Of a stretch of 64,000 bases of DNA, positions 56,252 to 64,000 are shown piece by piece. Where the stretch lies: NCBI GenBank assembly GCA_044352155.1, contig JBILEK010000002.1, forward strand, positions 26,735-90,734, in the 5' to 3' direction. Positions within the stretch are counted from its first letter, which is position 1. Each line of letters opens with the position of its first letter. The stretch comes from Bdellovibrionia bacterium (GTDB taxonomy: Bacteria; Bdellovibrionota; UBA1018; JBILEK01). The notes below the pieces were generated by a model that had not been told where the DNA came from, ran no database searches, and saw nothing but the letters and a program-made list of their open reading frames with translations. Made by a program: the position numbers and the translations under genes.

Positions 56252-57907
56252 TCAAAGCTTTTGGTCCCACTGTTTTGCAATTGGAACACGCCGCCCAATC
56301 CCAAAGGCTTTTGAGCTTATCTTTAGAACAGGTGCGGCCTGACGTCTTTTATACTCGTTAAGCTCAATCGTTTTTAGAAGTGAGGCGACCTCGGGGCCAT
56401 ACTTTTGGATCAACTCCCTAACCGAACTTCGCGACTCCAAGTACTGCTCAAGGATGGGATCAAGCTCTTCATAAGGAGGGAGAGAGTCTACATCCTTTTG
56501 ATTGGGTCTGAGCTCGGCAGAAGGCTCCTTTGAGATTGAGCGCTCAGGAATCGGGGTGGGCTTTGTCAGGTTGAGGTGACGTGCGAGCGCATAAACACGC
56601 GTCTTAAACAAATCCCCAATCACGGCTAGAGCACCGACCATATCGCCGTACATCGTGCAGTAGCCCATCGCAAGCTCGCTCTTATTTCCTGTCGTTAACA
56701 CAAGCGCGTTCTCATGATTGGCAAGCGTCATGAGGATCATTCCTCGAATGCGAGATTGGAGGTTTTCAAGTGCGATTGGTTTAAGCTCTCCCTTCGTGCG
56801 CGTTTGCGCTAGCTCGCGTGAGAGCTGCGCAAACGTGAACTTAATCGGACGTACTTCAAAACGAATCCCGAGACGACGCGCAAGATCCTCTGCATCCTCG
56901 AGCGAGTGAGAGGAGGAGTACTGAGAGGGCATCGCAACTCCAAGCACACTCTCGGGCCCTAAGGCGCGCTGTGCAAGTGTCGCAACCACCGCAGAATCGA
57001 TCCCTCCTGAAAGACCAAGCACTGCGCACTTAAAGCCCGTGCGCTTGAAGTACTCTTGAATCCCAGAGATCAACGCTCGCTCAAGCGCCTCAATCTCAGA
57101 TAGAGGCTCAGAAACCTCAGAGCCACACCATGACCGCTCTCTGTACTCGAAAACGGCGCGCGCTTTTGTGAACGCGGCCACTCGACTCACACAGACTCCC
57201 TGAGCACTCAGGGCAAAGGACGCTCCATCAAATAGAATCTCATCGGTCGCGCCCGACTGATTGACATACAAAAGAGGTACGCCGAGTTTTTGTGCAATTT
57301 GACAGTGAAGATCTTCACGGTGCGCTCGCTTGTTCCACTCGTAGGGGCTCGCCGAGACTGAAATGACGAGCTCTGCCCCTAACTTTGCATAGCTCTCAAC
57401 AGGGTCCACGCCATAAAGTTTTCGACCAAAAGCGGGGTCCAAACCCCAAAGATCCTCGCAGATTGCGAGAGCGATCTTATGTCCATCGCATTGCCACACG
57501 CGCGTCTCACGCGCAGGCTCAAAGTAACGAGCCTCATCAAAAACATCATAAGTCGGAAGTAACGTCTTTGCTTGCGTGAACTCGAGCCTACCCGAAGCAA
57601 GAACAGAAACGCAGTTCTGCGCCGCGCGCCCTGTTGGTTCCGGATTGCGTGCAACATGCCCAACGATCAGTGCCGTCGACTTTCCGATCGTCGCAGTGGT
57701 CAGTTTTTCGAGAGCTGCCGAAGTCCGCTCAAAGATCTCAGGCCGATCCAGCAGATCATGCGGCGGATAGCCGCATACCGAAAGCTCCGGCGTCACGAGC
57801 ATACGTGCGCCCTGAGCACAAGCCCACTGATACGCGTCAAGGATCAGGTCGCAATTGTGCTCAAAAGCGCCAACGATCGGATCGAGCTCAGCGATCGCGA
57901 TGCGCAC
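56252..57907 (-). CDS. nadE: Glutamine-dependent NAD+ synthetase
   Basis: N-terminal CN-hydrolase domain + C-terminal SGGIDSAVV PP-loop; GTG start. Confidence 0.85.
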   Translation of the reverse strand: MRIAIAELDPIVGAFEHNCDLILDAYQWACAQGARMLVTPELSVCGYPPHDLLDRPEIFERTSAALEKLTTATIGKSTALIVGHVARNPEPTGRAAQNCVSVLASGRLEFTQAKTLLPTYDVFDEARYFEPARETRVWQCDGHKIALAICEDLWGLDPAFGRKLYGVDPVESYAKLGAELVISVSASPYEWNKRAHREDLHCQIAQKLGVPLLYVNQSGATDEILFDGASFALSAQGVCVSRVAAFTKARAVFEYRERSWCGSEVSEPLSEIEALERALISGIQEYFKRTGFKCAVLGLSGGIDSAVVATLAQRALGPESVLGVAMPSQYSSSHSLEDAEDLARRLGIRFEVRPIKFTFAQLSRELAQTRTKGELKPIALENLQSRIRGMILMTLANHENALVLTTGNKSELAMGYCTMYGDMVGALAVIGDLFKTRVYALARHLNLTKPTPIPERSISKEPSAELRPNQKDVDSLPPYEELDPILEQYLESRSSVRELIQKYGPEVASLLKTIELNEYKRRQAAPVLKISSKAFGIGRRVPIAKQWDQKL

Positions 57908-57929
57908 AGGCGAGTCCTCCTATTAAAAC

Positions 57930-58358
57930 TCAGAAACGCTTCTGAAGTTCGGACTTATCAAAAAAGTAAGCGATCTCACGCTCGGCTGAAGTAGGGCTAT
58001 CTGAGCCATGAACTGCATTAGCCTCGATCGAGTCTGCAAAGTCTTTGCGGATCGTACCGGGAGCCGCTTTCGCTGGATCGGTTGCACCCATGATCTCGCG
58101 ATTCAGTGCAATCGCGTTCTCACCCTCAAGAACCATCAGCATGACCGGTGCACTTGTCATGAACTGCACGAGACTTCCGAAAAAAGGACGCTCTTTGTGC
58201 TCAATGTAGAACCCTTCGGCCTTTTCTTTCGTCAGACGCGTAAACTTAGCCGCGGCAATCCTTAGACCGCGCTTTTCAAAACGGGTCATGATTTCGCCCA
58301 TACAATTTTTTTGAACAGCGTTGGGCTTGATGATTGAGAAAGTGCGTTCCTGGGCCAT
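57930..58358 (-). CDS. ndk: Nucleoside diphosphate kinase
   Basis: [20 protein letters not shown] active-site His region. Confidence 0.9.
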   Translation of the reverse strand: MAQERTFSIIKPNAVQKNCMGEIMTRFEKRGLRIAAAKFTRLTKEKAEGFYIEHKERPFFGSLVQFMTSAPVMLMVLEGENAIALNREIMGATDPAKAAPGTIRKDFADSIEANAVHGSDSPTSAEREIAYFFDKSELQKRF

Positions 58359-58458
58359 GTTAAAAGAATCCTCCGTTTGAACTTGGGACTTGTTTACAGG
58401 CTTTTTCGGCCTCGAGCATCAAAAATCCTGGCTAAAAGCCTGTCGAGGTGCATTAGAC

Positions 58459-59334
58459 TCAGTGCGCCCCGATTGCTTTAGCGAGCGTACTTCCTAAATC
58501 AGCCGGGGAGCGAGAAATGTGAACGCCTGCTTTTTCGAGCGCTTTGAACTTTTCGTCGGCAGTCCCCTTTCCGCCCGAGATGATCGCACCCGCGTGCCCC
58601 ATACGCTTTCCAGGAGGGGCCGTGGCTCCGCCGATAAAACCAACAACTGGCTTTTTGACGTTTGAGCGAATGTATTCGGCCGCTTCTTCCTCAGCAGTTC
58701 CGCCGATCTCTCCAATCATGATGATGCCTGTCGTGCCGGGATCCTTGTTGTAGGCCTCTAAGACGTCGATGAAGTTTGTTCCATTGATCGGATCACCTCC
58801 GATTCCGACACAAGTCGACTGACCGATGCCGAGTTGCGTGAGCTGATACACTGCCTCGTAAGTGAGAGTACCCGATCGTGAGACGACACCGATCGTACCT
58901 GGTTTGTGGATCTGACCGGGCATAATGCCGATTTTGCACTGCCCTGGAGTGATGATGCCGGGGCAGTTTGGACCGATCAGGCGTGAGCGCGTGGATTTTA
59001 AGTAGCGCTTCACTGCAAGCATATCGCGCACAGGGATCCCTTCAGTAATACAGACAATCAGAGGGATGCCTGCGTCGGCCGCTTCGCAAATCGCATCCGC
59101 AGCACCTGGAGGCGGAACAAAAATCATCGTCGCATTTGCGCCCGTCTTTTGAACGGCTTCGTCGCAGGAGTCGAAAACCTTAAACCCCTCATGGGTCGAT
59201 CCGCCCTTTCCTGGAGTGACGCCGCCAACGACGTTGGTACCGTAATCACGACATCCCATCGCATGGAAAGCACCTTGAGATCCTGTGATACCTTGAACGA
59301 GAAGCTTTGTGTTTTTATCGATCCAAATCGCCAT
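58459..59334 (-). CDS. sucD: Succinyl-CoA synthetase alpha subunit
   Basis: CoA-binding and His-phosphorylation loop (SRSGTLTYE). Confidence 0.9.
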   Translation of the reverse strand: MAIWIDKNTKLLVQGITGSQGAFHAMGCRDYGTNVVGGVTPGKGGSTHEGFKVFDSCDEAVQKTGANATMIFVPPPGAADAICEAADAGIPLIVCITEGIPVRDMLAVKRYLKSTRSRLIGPNCPGIITPGQCKIGIMPGQIHKPGTIGVVSRSGTLTYEAVYQLTQLGIGQSTCVGIGGDPINGTNFIDVLEAYNKDPGTTGIIMIGEIGGTAEEEAAEYIRSNVKKPVVGFIGGATAPPGKRMGHAGAIISGGKGTADEKFKALEKAGVHISRSPADLGSTLAKAIGAH

Positions 59335-59336
59335 TT

Positions 59337-60527
59337 TTAGTGTCCCTTTGCAGCTGCGACGACTTTTTTTGCAGCGTCCGTAAGTCCATCGGCCGGAGTG
59401 ATCTTCAGCCCGCTCTTTGAGAGGAGTTCTTTTCCTTTTTCGACGTTCGTGCCTTCAAGACGCACAACAAGAGGCACTTTAAGCGAGAGCTCTTTTGCGG
59501 CAGCAATGACGCCTTCGGCGATCACATCGCATTTCATGATGCCGCCGAAGATATTCACAAGAATCGCTTTTACTGAGGGATCCTTCAGAATGATCTTAAA
59601 CGCGTGCGTGACTTTTTCTTTGGTGGCCCCACCGCCGACGTCGAGGAAGTTCGCAGGCTCCCCACCGTGAAGCTTGATGATGTCCATCGTCGCCATCGCG
59701 AGTCCCGCACCGTTGACGAGGCAACCGATGTTGCCCTCGAGAGCGATGTAGGCGAGATCGTATTTTGACGCCTCGACGTCTTGCGCGTTCTCTTCTTGGA
59801 AGTCGCGCATCGCGACGATATCTGCATGGCGATAAAGAGCGTTATCGTCAAAACCCATCTTGCCGTCGAGCGCGACGAGCTTTCCATCTTTTGTCACGAT
59901 GAGTGGGTTCACTTCGAGAAGAGCGCAGTCCGACTCCATGAAGCACTTGTACAGCCCACCGAAGAACGGAACCGCGTCTTTCATCTGATCCGGAGTGAGG
60001 CCCAGGGCTTTTGCGAGCTTGCGGCCGTGGAACGCCTGGTAGCCCGTCGTCGGATCAATCGCGACTTTCACTATTTTTTCGGGCGTTTTTGCAGCGACTT
60101 CTTCGATATCCATCCCGCCCTCGGTCGAAGCGAGCATCATGACTTGCGAGATTGCGCGATCGATCAAGATCGAAAAATACAGCTCGCGCGCAATCGCGGA
60201 GCCTTCTTCGATCCAAAGCTTGTGCACGACTTTGCCCTTAGCGCCCGTCTGTGGCGTCACAAGCGTTTTGCCCATGATCTCTTTTGCAGCCCCTTTGACT
60301 TCGTCGAGTGTCTTACAGAGCTTAACTCCGCCTGCCTTACCACGGCCACCGGCATGGATCTGAGCTTTCACGACCCAAACCGAGTTATTGCGCTCGCGCT
60401 GGAGCTCTTTTGCAGCCATCTCCGCGCGCGAGCCGACTTCGCTGCCCTCTTCAACAAGACGTCCTTCAGGGACGCGCACGCCGAATTTTTTTAAAAGACT
60501 CTTGGCCTGGTACTCGTGAATGTTCAT
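59337..60527 (-). CDS. sucC: Succinyl-CoA synthetase beta subunit
   Basis: [13 protein letters not shown]-terminus, ATP-grasp motifs. Confidence 0.9.
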   Translation of the reverse strand: MNIHEYQAKSLLKKFGVRVPEGRLVEEGSEVGSRAEMAAKELQRERNNSVWVVKAQIHAGGRGKAGGVKLCKTLDEVKGAAKEIMGKTLVTPQTGAKGKVVHKLWIEEGSAIARELYFSILIDRAISQVMMLASTEGGMDIEEVAAKTPEKIVKVAIDPTTGYQAFHGRKLAKALGLTPDQMKDAVPFFGGLYKCFMESDCALLEVNPLIVTKDGKLVALDGKMGFDDNALYRHADIVAMRDFQEENAQDVEASKYDLAYIALEGNIGCLVNGAGLAMATMDIIKLHGGEPANFLDVGGGATKEKVTHAFKIILKDPSVKAILVNIFGGIMKCDVIAEGVIAAAKELSLKVPLVVRLEGTNVEKGKELLSKSGLKITPADGLTDAAKKVVAAAKGH

Positions 60528-60536
60528 CTGAGGATC

Positions 60537-61475
60537 CTAGTATTGAAGTTTCTTAAGGGCGTCGACGAGCTCTTGGACCGCAGCACAGGACTTATCGAAC
60601 ATTGCTTTCTCTTCGGCGTTGAGCTCGAGAGTCGGGATGCCTTCGAGACCTTTGGAGCCGAGCTTTGCCAAAACACCGCAAAACAGGCCTTTTTGTCCAA
60701 ACTCACCCGTGAGGTAGACCGCGCACGGGAGGATGCGCTTTTTGTCTCGAACAATCGCTTCAGCCATCTGCACGGCAGACGCTGCTGGCGCATAGTAGGC
60801 TGATCCAGTCTTAAGCAAGTTCACAATCTCAGCGCCGCCCTTACGCGTACGCTCGACGAGAGCGTCGATCTTGTCTTTCGGGAGCATCTGCGGAAGCGGC
60901 ACACCGCCCACCGTGACGTAACGGGGCATCGGCACCATCGTGTCGCCGTGGCCTCCGAAAACGAATGCTTGAACGTCTTCCACCGAGACTCCGCACTCCA
61001 TCGCAATGAACGAGCGAAACCGCGCACCATCGAGCACGCCCGCCATCCCAAGCACGCGCTCGCGCGGGAACTTGGATGCTTCCATCGCCACGTGGCACAT
61101 GGCATCGAGCGGGTTCGAGACGATGATCATCACGCAGTTCGGAGAGTGCTTAGCGACTTGGGTCGCGCACTCTTTAACGATCTTGGCGTTGGTGGCGAGC
61201 AGATCGTCGCGCGACATGCCAGGTTTGCGTGGGAGGCCCGCGGTAATGATCACGACGTCAGAGTTTGCGGTCAGCGCGTAGTCCGCGCCTCCCTTGATCG
61301 TCGAGTCGAATCCCTCAACAGGCGACGCCTCAAACAAGTCGAGCGCCTTACCCGCCGCCGCATCTCCGTTGATGTCGATCAGCACGACATCACCTAACTC
61401 CTTTGAAGCTGCCCAGTGAGCGCATGTAGAGCCTACGAAACCAGCACCAATGACGGAGATCTTCGAGCGACGCAT
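60537..61475 (-). CDS. mdh: Malate dehydrogenase (LDH-like type)
   Basis: [12 protein letters not shown] Rossmann motif, MDH catalytic region. Confidence 0.85.
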   Translation of the reverse strand: MRRSKISVIGAGFVGSTCAHWAASKELGDVVLIDINGDAAAGKALDLFEASPVEGFDSTIKGGADYALTANSDVVIITAGLPRKPGMSRDDLLATNAKIVKECATQVAKHSPNCVMIIVSNPLDAMCHVAMEASKFPRERVLGMAGVLDGARFRSFIAMECGVSVEDVQAFVFGGHGDTMVPMPRYVTVGGVPLPQMLPKDKIDALVERTRKGGAEIVNLLKTGSAYYAPAASAVQMAEAIVRDKKRILPCAVYLTGEFGQKGLFCGVLAKLGSKGLEGIPTLELNAEEKAMFDKSCAAVQELVDALKKLQY

Positions 61476-61730
61476 AGCTTAGCCTTTCTGTGTTGTGGAT
61501 GCGCTCAAAACTATAAGCAGTCCCGAGGGAAATCTCTAGAGTTAACAAGCGATGGCGGGCCGCGCTATTCAGAAATGACATCGCTGAAATTCCACAAACG
61601 AGATCTCGCTTCGCGCTATCTTTAGCGGACTGCCACATGAGATGCGGCTGTCGCGGAGTAGAAATCTCACTTCAGAGGAGTGCAAACAAAACGCGGTTCA
61701 ATGCGCTGGTAACTCCAGCGCTACTAACAC

Positions 61731-63047
61731 TCACATCTTCGCAATCACTGCGTCTGCAAACTCCGAGCACTTGATCTCTTTGACCGCACCTTCCTCTTTC
61801 ATGAGGCGCGCGAAGTCATAGGTCACGGTACGTGCGCCGATCGCACCATCCATGCCCTGGATGATCAGATCCGCAGCTTCGGTCCAACCCATGTACCTGA
61901 GCATCATCTCGCCAGACAGAATGACGGAGCCTGGGTTGACCTTGTCCTGGTTTGCGTACTTGGGCGCGGTTCCGTGCGTCGCTTCGAATACGGAGTGGCC
62001 AGTCTTGTAGTTGATGTTTCCGCCTGGCGCGATCCCGATGCCGCCGACTTGTGCAGCAAGCGCATCCGAGAGGTAGTCGCCGTTTAAGTTCAACGTCGCG
62101 ATGACGTCAAAATCCTCAGGACGCGTCAGCACTTGTTGCAACGTGATATCCGCGATCGAGTCCTTGACGATGATCTTGCCGGAGGCCGCTGCCGCTTTTT
62201 GCTCGGCGTTTGCGGCATCCTCACCCTTTGCGGCCTTTGTTTTTTCCCAAGTGTTCCAGGTATAGGTCTGGGCTGCGAACTCGCGCTCGCAGAGCTCATA
62301 GCCCCATTGCCGGAATCCGCCTTCGGTAAACTTCATGATATTGCCCTTGTGTACGAGCGTGAGCGACTTGCGCTTGTTGGCGATCGCGTATTCGATCGCA
62401 GAGCGCACCAGACGCTCGGTCCCTTCGCGCGAGACGGGCTTGACACCGATCCCAACCGAGTCAGGGAAGCGGATTTTCGAGTACTGTTTCGGAAACTGTT
62501 CTTTCAGAAACGCGAGGACTTTCTTTACTTCATCCGTGCCCGCTTCAAACTCGATCCCCGCGTAGATGTCTTCGGTGTTCTCGCGGAAAATCGTCATTTC
62601 GACTTTGCCAGGAGCTTTCACGGGCGAAGGAACGCCCTTAAACCAGCGTACGGGGCGCAGGCAGACGTAGAGATCGAGTTGCTGTCTGAGTGCGACGTTT
62701 AACGAGCGAATGCCGCCACCCACTGGGGTGGTCAGTGGTCCCTTGATGCCCACGAGATAATGGCGGAACGCGGTCAGCGTGTCTTCCGGTAGCCAGTCTT
62801 TTGTTTTGTTAAAGGACTTCTCCCCCGCGTAGACTTCAAACCACTCGATCTTGCGCTCACCTTTGTAGGCCTTTTTTACTGCGGCGTCGAACACGCGCAC
62901 CGATGCTCTCCAAATGTCTGCGCCCGTTCCGTCCCCTTCAATAAAAGGGATGATCGGATTTTTCGGCACGTTGAGTTTGCCATTGGTGAGCGTGATGGCT
63001 TGTCCTTGGGACGGGGCTTTCAGATCCTTGAACTGAGGGGCTGACAT
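61731..63047 (-). CDS. icd: NADP-dependent isocitrate dehydrogenase
   Basis: Icd motifs ([14 protein letters not shown]); RBS AAAGGA + ATG 63047. Confidence 0.85.
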   Translation of the reverse strand: MSAPQFKDLKAPSQGQAITLTNGKLNVPKNPIIPFIEGDGTGADIWRASVRVFDAAVKKAYKGERKIEWFEVYAGEKSFNKTKDWLPEDTLTAFRHYLVGIKGPLTTPVGGGIRSLNVALRQQLDLYVCLRPVRWFKGVPSPVKAPGKVEMTIFRENTEDIYAGIEFEAGTDEVKKVLAFLKEQFPKQYSKIRFPDSVGIGVKPVSREGTERLVRSAIEYAIANKRKSLTLVHKGNIMKFTEGGFRQWGYELCEREFAAQTYTWNTWEKTKAAKGEDAANAEQKAAAASGKIIVKDSIADITLQQVLTRPEDFDVIATLNLNGDYLSDALAAQVGGIGIAPGGNINYKTGHSVFEATHGTAPKYANQDKVNPGSVILSGEMMLRYMGWTEAADLIIQGMDGAIGARTVTYDFARLMKEEGAVKEIKCSEFADAVIAKM

Positions 63048-63132
63048 GGAGATCCTTTCGAGTTGGAAAAGTCCCCCCATCATTCCCTAAAAGCGAAATC
63101 AGGGCAACGGCGGTCCGCACGCTAACGCGCCG

Positions 63133-63780
63133 CTACCGAAGGAAAGAGCGTGAAAAAGACTGCGCGTCGCCTTCTACACGGAGCTCGCTTGTTGCAAGCT
63201 CCGCGACCTCAGAAACTTGGTGACTGACAAACACGAGCGGGACTTGCATCTCCGCGTGAAATCCCCGCACCATCTCTTGAAGCTCTTGCCTGAGCCCCGC
63301 ATCCAAAGCCGAAAATGGCTCATCAAGCAAGATCGCGTCAGGCTTCCAACACAAAGCACGCGCCAGCGCGACGCGCTGCTGCTCGCCCCCTGAGAGCCTT
63401 GTCACTGGGTCCGAGGCGCGTGCTTCCAGATGAACACGCTTAAGCCACCCACGCGCGGTTTCGCGCCAAGTGCGCTCGCCCCGAAGCCTGAGAGCAAAAC
63501 CCACGTTCTCCTCAAGCGTCATTTGAGGAAAAAGGCTCGACCCCTGCGAAAGGTATCCAATCCTCCGGCGCTCAGGAGGCAACACCGACAGATCTCGACC
63601 CGAAAGTCGGATCTCGCCCGAGTCCATTCGATCAAGTCCAGCTAGGAGCCTAAGCAGTGACGTCTTCCCGCTCCCACTCGGGCCGGTGAGCGCCAGCCGC
63701 TCCCGAGGCTCCACGCGAAACTCCGCGCGGAGCTCAAAACGACCAATCTTTTTGAAGAGTCCGCGAACCTCAAGGCTCAT
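63133..63780 (-). CDS. ABC transporter ATP-binding protein (ThiQ/ModC-like importer ATPase)
   Basis: Walker A GPSGSGKTS, signature LSGGEQQRVALAR, Walker B LLDEP; ATG 63780 overlaps upstream stop (ATGA). Confidence 0.75.
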   Translation of the reverse strand: MSLEVRGLFKKIGRFELRAEFRVEPRERLALTGPSGSGKTSLLRLLAGLDRMDSGEIRLSGRDLSVLPPERRRIGYLSQGSSLFPQMTLEENVGFALRLRGERTWRETARGWLKRVHLEARASDPVTRLSGGEQQRVALARALCWKPDAILLDEPFSALDAGLRQELQEMVRGFHAEMQVPLVFVSHQVSEVAELATSELRVEGDAQSFSRSFLR

Positions 63781-64000
63781 GTTCGTTTCACACTCCACGC
63801 ACTGGAGCCAAAACTCAAGACAAACGCAACCAGAAGCAGAAGCCCCGAAAGCGCTTCGCCTTGTGAAAACCCGTAGCGGCCCAGCTCCCGGAGCACAAGT
63901 ATCGGCAAAGGCTCAAACCCATCCACACGGAAGAGACTGAGTGCGGCGATCTCAGCGACTGATCCACCCGCAATCCAGGCGAGCATCGTCCAAACCCAAG
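63777..64000 (-). CDS. ABC transporter permease, C-terminal fragment (continues beyond window)
   Basis: Hydrophobic C-terminal TM segment translationally coupled to ATPase gene. Confidence 0.45.
   Translation of the reverse strand, partial: WVWTMLAWIAGGSVAEIAALSLFRVDGFEPLPILVLRELGRYGFSQGEALSGLLLLVAFVLSFGSSAWSVKRT

Noticed and set aside
1-64000. CRISPR arrays, tRNA/rRNA genes, integrases, transposases or phage modules
   Set aside because: I found no regularly spaced direct repeats, no cloverleaf-like conserved tRNA segments in the few >100 bp intergenic gaps, and no mobility gene homologs. The region looks like core chromosome.

Overview
The window is a 64 kb chromosomal stretch with about 50% GC, densely packed with genes and no transposase, integrase, CRISPR array or rRNA/tRNA gene that I can see. 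Gene content suggests a Bdellovibrio-like (Bdellovibrionota) predatory bacterium. It has many signal-peptide proteins and secreted hydrolases (S8, S41, C11 clostripain, matrixin M10, SNase, pyroglutamyl peptidase). It has a DUF1554 lipoprotein, two glycine-rich RRM RNA-binding proteins, and sphingolipid-type desaturase and hydroxylase genes. Recognisable blocks, left to right: the 3' end of a DnaE2-like polymerase; DUF983 and secreted START-domain genes; fadD; an S41 peptidase; a ribokinase-NADAR pair; and a complete eukaryote-like kynurenine/3-hydroxyanthranilate/2-aminomuconate catabolic cluster (kmo-kynU-ACMSD-HAAO-RidA-ALDH-kynB, plus trxC and a hydratase). These are followed by an RND pump; an S8 protease; ctaA (heme A synthase); a SUR2-like hydroxylase and a DES-like sphingolipid desaturase; a THUMP methyltransferase with rpmE; two large unknown secreted proteins next to a C11 peptidase; acs; phnCDE with a PhoR-like kinase; a DTW-ElbB-OMP operon; and a central-metabolism block (nadE, ndk, sucDC, mdh, icd). 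The most unusual signal is a nearly invariant 23-26 nt motif (TACTCAATTGATGCAGCCAGTTT). It occurs at least six times, always in non-coding DNA. Five copies lie just upstream of genes and point at them, and twice two copies form an inverted pair around a spacer of about 70 bp. This looks like the operator or promoter element of an undescribed regulon. Several start codons were re-placed by eye; ORF-track 'M' starts are often GTG/TTG.
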